Shown here one piece after another: positions 44,497 through 53,801 of a stretch of DNA of 64,000 bases. Below the pieces are notes generated by a model, which was not told the DNA's origin, did no database searches, and was given only the letters and a program-made list of their open reading frames with translations. How positions within the stretch are numbered: the stretch's first letter is position 1; each line of letters starts with the position of its first letter. The position numbers and the translations under genes were made by a program. Source of the stretch: Bacteriovoracaceae bacterium UBA1511. GTDB lineage: Bacteria; Bdellovibrionota; Bacteriovoracia; Bacteriovoracales; Bacteriovoracaceae. The DNA lies in assembly GCA_002323535.1 (NCBI GenBank), contig DCQT01000033.1:31663-95662 (forward strand), written 5' to 3'.

Positions 44497-44859
44497 TTAA
44501 TTTCTGCATTCCTCACAATCGCTAACTTTTTTTAAACGATATTCATTTAAGTACTTATAAAATAATTTTAATCCAAATTTGCCCAGCTGAGATTGGTATA
44601 CGGGTTTTGCTTTTTTCGTCAGGTTGATTGCATTGAGAATTTCCTCTACTGCATCTTCACTGCTTTTTACCTGACCTTGTTGGTCTATAATATGAATCGT
44701 TCTTCTACAGTCCCAATAGTTTAAGTCAGGAAAATCAGAATAAATTTGATCGTTCTGAATCGGGTGAAAAATAAGCTGTCTGTCCGTATCAAGAAGAGAT
44801 AGAGAATATTTTATATTTCGACAAATTTTGCAGTTTTGGTCATAAAAAACTTTGATCAT
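44497..44859 (-). CDS. DCC1-like thiol-disulfide oxidoreductase (DUF393)
   Basis: MIKVFYDQNCKICRN is an N-terminal CxxC in the DUF393 context. Start at ATG 44859 preferred over TTG 44877. Confidence 0.55.
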   Translation of the reverse strand: MIKVFYDQNCKICRNIKYSLSLLDTDRQLIFHPIQNDQIYSDFPDLNYWDCRRTIHIIDQQGQVKSSEDAVEEILNAINLTKKAKPVYQSQLGKFGLKLFYKYLNEYRLKKVSDCEECRN

Positions 44860-44988
44860 TGTTTTACAATAGTACAAATATCACGGCACTCAAAGCCTGA
44901 GTGTAAAGGTTCTACTAAATATTGCCTAATTATCAATGCAAAGCCCGTTTTGTATAATGTAAATTAAGGCTAATTTCTTGGGACTTTA

Positions 44989-46470
44989 ATGAAATACTTA
45001 TCACATACACTAATTCTAATTTTCCTAGCATCTTGTGCATCTAATAACGATGTCAATAGAGACTTAGACTCCGCAGATCAAATAGGTGACATTATAAGTA
45101 GTGGTGGAACGACGAAGGTTCGATACTTTTCACTTTTTGACGATGAACCAAAATCTAAAGATGTGAAAAAAGTTTTTAAAAGGTACGAAAGTCTCACCTT
45201 TAAAAAAGACATTATGAAAAACTCCACAGTTCAGTGGTGGATAAATTATTATGTAACTAAGGATAGAGACCGTTTTCAAAGAATGTTGAATCGAGGGGAG
45301 AGGTATAAGGAAGTTGTGCAAACGATTTTATCTGAAAATGGTTTGCCGGAGGATCTTTATTATCTAGCTTTTGTGGAAAGTGGCTTTGTTGTAAATGCTA
45401 AAAGTAAAGCAAGTGCGCAGGGTGTTTGGCAATTTATGAAGGGCACAGCGAAGCAGTATGGACTGGTTGTTGATAATTACATGGATGAACGAAATGATCC
45501 TATTAGGGCGACTGAGGCTGCATCAAAGTATCTTAGAAAACTATACAGTGCCTATAATTCATGGGAGTTAGCATTTGCAGCATATAATGCTGGAGAGTAC
45601 AGAGTACTAAGTTCAATTATGAAGGCAGAGGACAGGGACTTTTGGAAACTATCAGATAAAAAAATTCTACCTAAAGAGACAAGGAATTATGTTCCAAAGA
45701 TATTGGCCGCAAGATATGTGGCAAAGAACTGGATGCGTTACGGCTTCTCAAGACCAACTAGTGGAGGTGATAGTTACCCTGACTTGGAGTCTCTTGAGGT
45801 CCCGTCACCAATTAAACTTAAGACGGTTTCAAATAAGCTAGGAGTACCACTTGAGGATCTTAAAAAGTTTAATCCACATCTTCACAGAGGAGTAATATCA
45901 CCGAGGGTTTCTAGTTATGAACTTTGGGTTCCGTCCAGATATTACTCTTTGGCCAGAGACCGTAAATATTTGTTGAAGTCCGAGAGAATTAGAGTGAGGG
46001 GAATTGCTTCAAAAAATAGCAATAAAAAAAATTACTACAGAGTAAAATCAGGAGACTCTCTCAGTGCTATTGCTGAAAAGTTTGGTACATCAATGAATCA
46101 CCTAAAAGCGATTAATAACCTTTCAGGTTCAAGAATCCTTGTCGGCCAAAAATTAAGAGTGACACAAAAAAGCTACTACTCGTCGAACTCAAAAGAAGTA
46201 TATAGAGTTCGAACAGGCGATACATTATCTAAAATTTCTCAAAAATTTAATATCAGAATTTCTACGTTGAAAAAGCATAACGATCTAGATGGGAACAAAA
46301 TCTTTGTCGGGCAATACCTTAATTTGAAAAAGAAGAGCTATCACAAGGTTCAAAGTGGAGATAGCTTAGCGTCTATCTCGAGAAGGTATGGAACAAGTAT
46401 TAGGGAATTACGCAAGAAAAATAAACTTCGTTCAAGCACTATATACATAGGGCAAATGCTAAAGATTTAA
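44989..46470 (+). CDS. MltD-like lytic transglycosylase with three LysM domains
   Basis: Lipobox LASCAS. SLT motifs YLAFVESGF, GVWQFM and AYNAGEYRV. Three LysM repeats (YRVKSGDSLSAIAEKFG.., YRVRTGDTLSKISQKFN.., HKVQSGDSLASISRRYG..). Confidence 0.85.
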   Translation: MKYLSHTLILIFLASCASNNDVNRDLDSADQIGDIISSGGTTKVRYFSLFDDEPKSKDVKKVFKRYESLTFKKDIMKNSTVQWWINYYVTKDRDRFQRMLNRGERYKEVVQTILSENGLPEDLYYLAFVESGFVVNAKSKASAQGVWQFMKGTAKQYGLVVDNYMDERNDPIRATEAASKYLRKLYSAYNSWELAFAAYNAGEYRVLSSIMKAEDRDFWKLSDKKILPKETRNYVPKILAARYVAKNWMRYGFSRPTSGGDSYPDLESLEVPSPIKLKTVSNKLGVPLEDLKKFNPHLHRGVISPRVSSYELWVPSRYYSLARDRKYLLKSERIRVRGIASKNSNKKNYYRVKSGDSLSAIAEKFGTSMNHLKAINNLSGSRILVGQKLRVTQKSYYSSNSKEVYRVRTGDTLSKISQKFNIRISTLKKHNDLDGNKIFVGQYLNLKKKSYHKVQSGDSLASISRRYGTSIRELRKKNKLRSSTIYIGQMLKI

Positions 46471-47219
46471 TTATTCTTAACTAATTTTGGCGGCATGGTT
46501 GTTTGTTTTTGAGAGGCTTTTTTATGTCCGTGAAAATCTCTTTTGAAATTTAGATTGTAGTTATCTTCAATCCTGTCACATAGAACCTCAATGTGATGTA
46601 GTCCAAGAAATTTTTTTAAAGTTTTTGAGATAGACATGGCCATCAAACAAAATAATACGCTTTTTGAGGCTCCAATCATGTTTTCTGAGAAGTGATTCAA
46701 AGTGAGAATACCATTGGTGTATAGTTCATTTTTGTCAGCTAAAAATATACTATAACCATTTATTATATAAATTAATGAAAAAATCACTCCCAAAATAAGG
46801 TAACTCCACCCAACCACTTTGAATAATTGTTTGATTTCAAATGTGCTTTTTAGGTATTTGTCCTCGAAGTTCTCTGAAAAATGAAAAAGTCCATGAGTGA
46901 GTTTGATGTATTTTATTTGATGAACTACGTCTTCTTTATATTTTTGCTTAAGATCAGTCTTAAAATATTTTTTATAAAGTTTTTCTAAGAGAGATAACTT
47001 TGATTTTTGGTATTGAATATTGGTCAATATAAAAACCTCTGATAATAAATCACTTGGAGACTTGCTCTCAATCTCTGTCTTTAGTTTCAAATCAAGCTGT
47101 TCATCAAATATATTTAGGAACCTTGATTGTATAAAAATGTTTAAATGCATAAAGCTCGTTAACGCAAAGTCGAAAGAAAGAACGAGGATTATTGTAATTA
47201 AAAATAGAGAGTCAAGCAT
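46467..47219 (-). CDS. Integral membrane protein of unknown function (250 aa)
   Basis: One N-terminal and two C-terminal hydrophobic segments. Overlaps the upstream gene by 8 nt. Confidence 0.5.
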   Translation of the reverse strand: MLDSLFLITIILVLSFDFALTSFMHLNIFIQSRFLNIFDEQLDLKLKTEIESKSPSDLLSEVFILTNIQYQKSKLSLLEKLYKKYFKTDLKQKYKEDVVHQIKYIKLTHGLFHFSENFEDKYLKSTFEIKQLFKVVGWSYLILGVIFSLIYIINGYSIFLADKNELYTNGILTLNHFSENMIGASKSVLFCLMAMSISKTLKKFLGLHHIEVLCDRIEDNYNLNFKRDFHGHKKASQKQTTMPPKLVKNN

Positions 47220-47757
47220 CGTTGCCCTCGTAGTTTTTTCTGACAGGCTTTTTTCCGGAGATTTCTTGCTTCATCATCAATTGAAAACCAATAAAATCAT
47301 CAAAGCACTTATTCATAAAACATATATAGGGTGACTCGATAAGGTGAACTTCATTGTTGTAATCATGCTTAACTTTTTGAATTTTCCATTTCTGTAAAGC
47401 AACCTTAGAGTTTGAATAAATCTCAATTTCTATATCATTTTTTTGCATCTCTAGAATTAATTTTTCAACTCTCGTTTTTAGTCTCTTATCCTTTGTGTCA
47501 AAAAAGAAGACACCCTTTTTGGGGTTTTGATACACAAGATTTGGGAACTTTAAAAAGTATTTTGAAAACTGAATTTTTGTGTCAGGTAATGTCTTGAAGT
47601 TAATAAAATAATTAATATTTTTTTTCTCATCGCTTGCAGCGAGTCTGTTTAGATATTTTGTTTGCTCGCCAATGACCACCACGGAGCTCAAAAATATTAT
47701 TCCAACTAATGCTGAAAGTAGGAAAAATAAATATCCAGTTATTTTACTTTTATCCAT
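47212..47757 (-). CDS. Single-pass membrane protein of unknown function (181 aa)
   Basis: N-terminal TM segment GYLFFLLSALVGIIFLSSVVVI. Confidence 0.5.
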   Translation of the reverse strand: MDKSKITGYLFFLLSALVGIIFLSSVVVIGEQTKYLNRLAASDEKKNINYFINFKTLPDTKIQFSKYFLKFPNLVYQNPKKGVFFFDTKDKRLKTRVEKLILEMQKNDIEIEIYSNSKVALQKWKIQKVKHDYNNEVHLIESPYICFMNKCFDDFIGFQLMMKQEISGKKPVRKNYEGNDA

Positions 47758-47841
47758 ATTGAACTAGTCGGTTATTGGTTTGAAAGTGTGAGAACTTTTT
47801 TCTGGTTTAGTGTAAAATAAAAAAAGTTTAAATCAGAGGTA

Positions 47842-49365
47842 ATGATGGGTTGTCAGAAATTAATTACTAAAAAACAAAAATCATTAGATTTAAATAATGA
47901 ACTCACATGTTTTTTAAATGCCTTCAAAAGAGGGGAGAAAGTACAGTATATTATTGCACCCTCTATGTCTTTTGATAGAAAGTTACTTCAGGGAATTGAG
48001 GGAATAGAGCATTATGAACTCAGAAGTTTTTGGGAAATTCTAAGAGTAAAAAGAAAAAATACCTACGTGACCTTTGTATCTAGCGAGGATGTATCTGAAG
48101 TTTTATTTAATCACTTCGTTGAGGTTTTTAATTTGTCTAGTGAAGAAATCTCTAGAGTTTCATTTGTAAAATGTCCGAGAGTAAAAGGTGAGTTGAGTTT
48201 ATCTAAAAACCTATTAATGAATCAATCATGCATTCTAGATATTAAAGAATCACTCCAAACAAACAATGTTATTTTAGAGGCATTTGTAAGAACTGAAGAT
48301 GAGAGGTTGCTCGCTAAAGCTTTAGGAGTACCTACTTGGCACAACCATCCTCAAATGGACTATTTTCATACAAAAAGTGGCAACAGGTTTATTGTTGGCG
48401 ATGATGCTCAGATGCCAGTTGGCTTTTCAGACCTCTATTCAAGAGAGTCTGTAATAAAAGCCCTTATCAAACTTAGAAATAAAAGTGTTTGTGATTCATT
48501 TATGGTCAAGTTGAACTATGGTGTCAGTGGCCAGGGAAACATGAAAGTAACTATTGATAAAGAAAGTTGGGACAGTTTAAGTGATCTTGATAAAAAATTA
48601 GCAGCAGAGAAATCTTTTATAAATGGAGATCTCTTTAATAAGTCATTGAGTCTAGAGTCTTTTGAGCAGAGGATTATTGAGGAGGGGGTAGTTGTTGAGG
48701 AGTTCGTTAAAGGTCGAATAATTGATTCTCCTTCTGCTCAAGTTATGGTGACTCCAGAGAGAGTTGAGTTGATATCAACCCATAAGCAGATTTTAGATTC
48801 GCATGGGCAGAAGTTTATCGGTGGAGAATATCCATGTGCCCACAGTTATAGAAGTGAGGTATCCGAGGTTGCTATTCAAATAGGTAAGAAGCTTAAGAAT
48901 TTAAATGTATTTGGGGTTACGAGTATTGATTATTTGATTTCGGAGTCTAATGGGGAGATGAAGTGCTTTGTTATTGAATTAAATCTGAGAAAAGGTGGAA
49001 CAACACATCCTTTTATGCTTTCAAATTTTGCACTTCAAAACGAAGGCAGTTTTAGGGAAGGGGGGTTAATTGATAAGAACAATGTTAGTTATTCTTATCG
49101 GTCCAATGATAACTTTTACCCTTGTAAAGAGTTTGTTTCAGATACCTCTGATATTATTAACCGCGCCAAAAGAGCCTCTATCCTCTTTAGTCGTAAGAAA
49201 AGTAAGGGTGTTATTTTTCACCTTTTAAATGGGTTCTCTGATTCGGGGAAAGTAGGGTACACAGTCATAGCACCTTCTAAGGTTGAAGTTGAAAACTATG
49301 AAAGCACGTTAAATCAAGTGCTTGGAGCCATGTATACTGAAAATGCTCAAGAGGTTTCTGGGTAG
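47842..49365 (+). CDS. ATP-grasp-fold protein (PGM1-like peptide-ligase family?)
   Basis: MVKLNYGVSGQGN, VVVEEFVKG, GVTSIDYLI and FVIELNLRKGGTTHPF resemble the ATP-grasp C-terminal core. Motif-level call only. Confidence 0.5.
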   Translation: MMGCQKLITKKQKSLDLNNELTCFLNAFKRGEKVQYIIAPSMSFDRKLLQGIEGIEHYELRSFWEILRVKRKNTYVTFVSSEDVSEVLFNHFVEVFNLSSEEISRVSFVKCPRVKGELSLSKNLLMNQSCILDIKESLQTNNVILEAFVRTEDERLLAKALGVPTWHNHPQMDYFHTKSGNRFIVGDDAQMPVGFSDLYSRESVIKALIKLRNKSVCDSFMVKLNYGVSGQGNMKVTIDKESWDSLSDLDKKLAAEKSFINGDLFNKSLSLESFEQRIIEEGVVVEEFVKGRIIDSPSAQVMVTPERVELISTHKQILDSHGQKFIGGEYPCAHSYRSEVSEVAIQIGKKLKNLNVFGVTSIDYLISESNGEMKCFVIELNLRKGGTTHPFMLSNFALQNEGSFREGGLIDKNNVSYSYRSNDNFYPCKEFVSDTSDIINRAKRASILFSRKKSKGVIFHLLNGFSDSGKVGYTVIAPSKVEVENYESTLNQVLGAMYTENAQEVSG

Positions 49366-49440
49366 AAAAGTTATACCAGCTTTACATCTTCATATTGCGC
49401 TGATAATCGAATCTCTTTCACATTAGTTTAGGGAATTTTA

Positions 49441-50391
49441 ATGAGACTAATTAAGTTGTTGATATTGTTTGTGGTTTCAAGTGTTTCGTACGCTTTAGAG
49501 ACGGATAACTTTCTGGGGGAGATTAACCCGCCAAAGGATAGTTCAGAAATAATTAACGAGTTTGTTAACTCGAAGATCGATAGTTATTTAATAAAAAACT
49601 CAGAGTCTTTGAGGAGCAAGAGCTGCTCTCAGGTTCGAAAGAAAGTACTTAAGTCCTTCAGAGGTTATGTTGTGCACGCAATAGAGGAGTACATCGACGA
49701 GCAAGTTTCCGATGAGTTCGTTTTTCCGCAGAGAGATCACTCTTACGGCGATTATTTTAAAATAAGTATCTACTACAATAAGAAGATTGACTTACTTAAG
49801 CTTAAGCACTTAAGCCGAAACATTAATATCGATGGAATAATTATTGGGAGTGACAAGTTGTCACACTTTATAAGCACTGGAATTAGATACTATTATTTCT
49901 ATGAAAATAAACTTAATGATGGTTACTCAGAAAAAAAAGCCGTGGAGAGAGCTATAAACTATGGCGTCTTTACGGAGAAATCTGTCCTGGGTAAGTTAAC
50001 ATCTAAAGTGTTCTCTCATGCAGACTTAGAGGCGAACTTCCAGGGGTTTTTACTTAACAAGCAGTTTTGCGAAAAGGATAAACCATTTTTAAATTTTGAT
50101 GGGGCATGGAAAAGAACCAGAGACTTCGATATTCGAGAGTATGTTAACCCTTATTGGAGTGAAGTATTCAACCCGTCGTATTATACTTCCTGGAGATGGA
50201 AAATGGTAAGGCCAATAGTGGAAAGAAAGTATTGTGGTCCAGTTATCTCATCCAGAATTAAATCTAGAATTGATTTTTATAATGAAATTGCAGTTGTAAG
50301 TGAAAGTGTTAAGTATATTTCATCTCTTGCTGAAAAAGGAAAGATTCCTGACCGCTCTACTCAGGTTCAGGCTTTAAGTTGTTTTAAATAG
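49441..50391 (+). CDS. Secreted protein of unknown function (316 aa)
   Basis: Signal peptide LLILFVVSSVSYA. No recognisable motif. Confidence 0.55.
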   Translation: MRLIKLLILFVVSSVSYALETDNFLGEINPPKDSSEIINEFVNSKIDSYLIKNSESLRSKSCSQVRKKVLKSFRGYVVHAIEEYIDEQVSDEFVFPQRDHSYGDYFKISIYYNKKIDLLKLKHLSRNINIDGIIIGSDKLSHFISTGIRYYYFYENKLNDGYSEKKAVERAINYGVFTEKSVLGKLTSKVFSHADLEANFQGFLLNKQFCEKDKPFLNFDGAWKRTRDFDIREYVNPYWSEVFNPSYYTSWRWKMVRPIVERKYCGPVISSRIKSRIDFYNEIAVVSESVKYISSLAEKGKIPDRSTQVQALSCFK

Positions 50392-50482
50392 CTTTTAATT
50401 TCATGATGAATTTTCTATTCTAAAATAAGCGAAACTAAACAAATTTTTGTTATAATATATTTGTCCGACAGGAGGTTGGCGT

Positions 50483-51688
50483 ATGAAAATTGTTTACTCA
50501 AGCTTTGAAGATTTTACTAAAAGAAACCAGTCAATTCTAAATATTGTGTCTGACAAAGATGACCTTAATTTACTGAAGGCCATTTGGAGTGCTCGAGATG
50601 GTGAAATTCTCAAGTTGGAAATGCGCTCCCAAAGGCATAACAAGGAGGTTTCAAAGTTAAATCAGCGTATCTCAGAGCTTGAGAGTAGTGTTGAGAAATC
50701 CTCAGAAAAAATAAGACAATTGGAAGAAACCTTAAAGAGAGCTGAGTTAAGCAGCCTTAATTCCGAGGATAAAGTCAAAAAACAGGAACGTCATATTCTT
50801 GTTCTTGAGAATGATTTAGAAGTTCTTTCTGTTGAGAGTGATCAATTGGAAAAAATTCTTCACTCGAAGGATAAGGAGATTGATCGCTTAGAGTCTTTGA
50901 TTAACAACGAAAGAGAGCACTTTGATCTTCGTGAAAAGAAAAATGAAAAGATGATTGAAAGGAGCGCAAAGCTTGAAGAATCTTTTGAAGCTGATCAACG
51001 TTATATAAAAGAATTAGAATTGAGGGTTGATAAGATTCAAAAACAAAATAACGAACTAAATAAAATTAAAACAGAGTATCAAGATCAATTTCGTGTTCAT
51101 AAAAAGAGGGTAAGTGAAAGTACTAAATTAAGTAATGCGCAAGAAGCAAAAGTTAAGGATTTAGACGACAGACTAAAGAAAAAAGAGACTTTATTGAAAA
51201 GAGCAAGTGAAAAATTAAATGAAATTCAAAACGAATATAATATTTCAATTAGTCGATCGAAGAAATTAGATGCTCAAATTGAGAGGTTGGAAATATTTTC
51301 AAGAGATTTTAAGCAAAAGTCAGATTTGTTGAGTAAAGAAAATGTAGAGATTAAAAAAGATAACGTTGAAATAGTAAATTACTGCGAGTCTTTGAAAAAA
51401 GAGGTCAGAAGCCTAGAACTCTCAAATGAAGACTTGTTTTCAAACCAAAAAGAGCTTGAATCATATATTGATAAACTTCGAAAAAAAGCAAATAGGGACG
51501 AAATTAAGGTCAAGGAACTTGAAAAAGCTCTTGAAGAGGAGCAACTGAGAAAGAAGTTGACCTTAAATGAAAAGCACTTAATTGAAAAAGAACTCCAAGA
51601 TTACAAGGGATTGCTCAGTGAGTTTGAATCTAAGTTAAAAAATCCTAAAAGAGTCTCGAATAGCATTGGAAGGTCTTTGGACCACTAA
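50483..51688 (+). CDS. Long coiled-coil protein (401 aa)
   Basis: Almost entirely E/K/L-rich with heptad-like character (..LESSVEKSSEKIRQLEETLKRAEL..). No signal peptide. Confidence 0.7.
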   Translation: MKIVYSSFEDFTKRNQSILNIVSDKDDLNLLKAIWSARDGEILKLEMRSQRHNKEVSKLNQRISELESSVEKSSEKIRQLEETLKRAELSSLNSEDKVKKQERHILVLENDLEVLSVESDQLEKILHSKDKEIDRLESLINNEREHFDLREKKNEKMIERSAKLEESFEADQRYIKELELRVDKIQKQNNELNKIKTEYQDQFRVHKKRVSESTKLSNAQEAKVKDLDDRLKKKETLLKRASEKLNEIQNEYNISISRSKKLDAQIERLEIFSRDFKQKSDLLSKENVEIKKDNVEIVNYCESLKKEVRSLELSNEDLFSNQKELESYIDKLRKKANRDEIKVKELEKALEEEQLRKKLTLNEKHLIEKELQDYKGLLSEFESKLKNPKRVSNSIGRSLDH

Positions 51689-51703
51689 AAATGGTTTTAA
51701 AAT

Positions 51704-52282
51704 ATGAAAAACACTTTTTTGTTTATACTTTGTTTTTTTTCTTTGTCCGTGATTGCACAGGACCACGCGATAGTAAAAAAAATTAATGGCATCGTAACCA
51801 GCTCTGGCAGAAATCTTTCAATTGGGGATAGGATTAAGATAGGTGAAATTGTTGATGCCTCTGGTAAAGGAAGTTTCGTTGACCTAGAAATTCCTGGAGA
51901 GGGAAAAATGAGACTTGTTGGCGGAGTCATGCGAGTAAAAAAAGTAGAGAAGACTGAATCAATTTATGAGTTAATTAAAGGGAAAATTTTCACATACCTA
52001 AAGCCTGATAAAAAAACGGAAAAAAGACTCAGGATATACACTTCTGAAGGAAGTTTTGCTGTTCGAGGAACTAAGTTTGTGGTTGTTAAGGAAAAAGATT
52101 ATCGCAGTTTCCTGTGCGTTTGTGAGGGCTCCGTTGAAGCTAAAAATAATTTTGGGGTCAATGGAATAGTTCATGAGAATCAAGAAGTTGAATTTTCTGG
52201 AGTGGATCGAGATATAAGAAGTAAAATTAATTCAAGAGATATGAAAAAACTCAGAGCGATGTTTAAAAAAATGGGACTTTAA
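51704..52282 (+). CDS. Secreted FecR-domain-like protein
   Basis: Signal peptide. GSFAVRGTKFVV and FLCVCEGSVE resemble the FecR domain. Confidence 0.55.
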   Translation: MKNTFLFILCFFSLSVIAQDHAIVKKINGIVTSSGRNLSIGDRIKIGEIVDASGKGSFVDLEIPGEGKMRLVGGVMRVKKVEKTESIYELIKGKIFTYLKPDKKTEKRLRIYTSEGSFAVRGTKFVVVKEKDYRSFLCVCEGSVEAKNNFGVNGIVHENQEVEFSGVDRDIRSKINSRDMKKLRAMFKKMGL

Positions 52283-52309
52283 TTATTATCAGCTAAAAGG
52301 AATTATAAA

Positions 52310-53356
52310 GTGGCAAGGAAGCTAATATCATTTAAAAAAATTAATACCATATTTAAAAAAGATGAGCCCATCTTTGATGAGATTGAGAGCTTTGTATCTA
52401 AATACGGTTTAGAGGTTTCACCTGGAAAAATAGATGCAAAAAATTTATCAAAAATAGGGAAGAAGCTTGGATTTTTTAATAAAGTTAAAACATCAAAAGT
52501 AATCAGTCTTTTTACGACTAAGGGTGGTGTTCTAAAAACAACAATTGGTTTGAATGTGGCGAGAGCGGCTGCTATATCTGGTATGAAAACCCTTGTGATA
52601 GGGCTCGATATGCAGGGTGACATGACCAATGCTATTGTTGGGACTCCTTTAGAAGATGAGAAAGAGGATCTTCAGAAAAAACTAGATGAGGAGAATAGCC
52701 TTAGAGGACTTCACGACTTTTATCAAGGCTCATGTCACTTATTTGATTTGATTCAAAAAACAGATCTAGATTGTTTGCATTACATTCCAGAAACCCCTGA
52801 GCTTATCTTACTAAACGATCATATTAACAATTTAAACAGAAGAGAATTTTGGTTGAATGATAAGGTTATATCTAAGCTTAAGCCAATGTATGACCTTATT
52901 GTTCTAGATTGTAGCCCTAGTTGGAATAAACTGACCACAAATGCTCTTTGTGCCAGTGATCTTTTGATCAGCCCCATAGAGTGTAAAATTAATAATTTTA
53001 GAAACCTTCAAATCTTTAATCAGCTAATATCAGAGTTTAAAGAAGACCTAAGAATAAACTTTTACAATATTTTTGTCCCAACAAAATATTCAGCTCAAAA
53101 AAGATTATCGAGAGATATTTTCGATTGGTATCAAGATAATGTTGAACATGTATCTAAATCAAAACTATCAGAGTGTGCTAGTTGTGAAGAGGCGATGGCA
53201 CTTAATAAGAGTGTTCTTGAGACAAAGCCTTCTGCTAAATCTGCGGTTGAGATAAAGCAACTACTATTTGAGATAAATAAAACACTATCGAAAAAAACTC
53301 AACATTCAAGTGATTCATATAATGGAGTAGAACAATCTCATGATTTCGTTAGATAA
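52310..53356 (+). CDS. ParA/SopA-like (type Ia-like) partition ATPase with a ~65-aa N-terminal extension
   Basis: Deviant Walker A KGGVLKTT (52520-52543), LVIGLDMQGD and Walker B LIVLDCSPSWN. GTG start. Confidence 0.8.
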   Translation: MARKLISFKKINTIFKKDEPIFDEIESFVSKYGLEVSPGKIDAKNLSKIGKKLGFFNKVKTSKVISLFTTKGGVLKTTIGLNVARAAAISGMKTLVIGLDMQGDMTNAIVGTPLEDEKEDLQKKLDEENSLRGLHDFYQGSCHLFDLIQKTDLDCLHYIPETPELILLNDHINNLNRREFWLNDKVISKLKPMYDLIVLDCSPSWNKLTTNALCASDLLISPIECKINNFRNLQIFNQLISEFKEDLRINFYNIFVPTKYSAQKRLSRDIFDWYQDNVEHVSKSKLSECASCEEAMALNKSVLETKPSAKSAVEIKQLLFEINKTLSKKTQHSSDSYNGVEQSHDFVR

Positions 53357-53564
53357 AATTGCTAAGAAAAATAAACTAATTGATTCAAAAGGTGGAATTA
53401 AAAAACCATGGGAGAAAAAAGACGAAATTGATATTGCAGTAGATGAGTTAATATTAGAGCAAAGAAAAAGTAAGCCGCGATTCGAAATACCGGAAGCTGA
53501 AAGGAGAACTTTATCTTCTGTCTCGGAATCATTAAAGTTGTTAGGTGATGTATTAAAAATGTAG
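53340..53564 (+). CDS. Small basic/acidic protein (74 aa), candidate ParA partner
   Basis: Overlaps the ParA 3' end by 17 nt, same strand. No ParB/HTH motif recognised. Confidence 0.4.
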   Translation: MISLDKIAKKNKLIDSKGGIKKPWEKKDEIDIAVDELILEQRKSKPRFEIPEAERRTLSSVSESLKLLGDVLKM

Positions 53565-53577
53565 CATGGAGAAATAA

Positions 53578-53730
53578 GTGCCAAAGTCTAAGAGCAGAAA
53601 AAAAAAGTATAGTATAGGGAAAAAAAGTGGTGGTAAGCCAAACAAAAATCTCGGAATATTTAATTTAATCTTACTTGGAGTTGTCGCAGTTAGTCTTTCT
53701 ATTTGGGGAATATCCCAGATAGGGCAATGA
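53578..53730 (+). CDS. Candidate small membrane protein (50 aa), below the ORF-track cutoff
   Basis: GTG start with GGAGA 7 nt upstream. Translates to (M)PKSKSRKKKYSIGKKSGGKPNKNLGIFNLILLGVVAVSLSIWGISQIGQ: a basic head followed by one TM segment. Confidence 0.3.
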   Translation: MPKSKSRKKKYSIGKKSGGKPNKNLGIFNLILLGVVAVSLSIWGISQIGQ

Positions 53731-53801
53731 TTTTTTAATGTATAATTTGTCATTAAATTGCCTGGAGTGCCATAATTGAAGAAAAAACAAAGGGCACATG
53801 G

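Noticed and set aside
46467-47757. The overlapping membrane-protein pair as an ExbB/ExbD- or MotA/MotB-like proton-channel stator
   Set aside because: Only the topology (3-TM protein plus single-TM protein) resembles a stator. The gene order is reversed, and I see neither the conserved TM Asp of ExbD/TolR/MotB nor the ExbB/MotA TM2-3 motifs.
52310-53564. ParA-like locus as a mobile element or integrated plasmid remnant
   Set aside because: There are no replication initiator, integrase, transposase, phage or conjugation genes, and no flanking direct repeats or tRNA in the surrounding 10 kb. It is not called as a mobile element.
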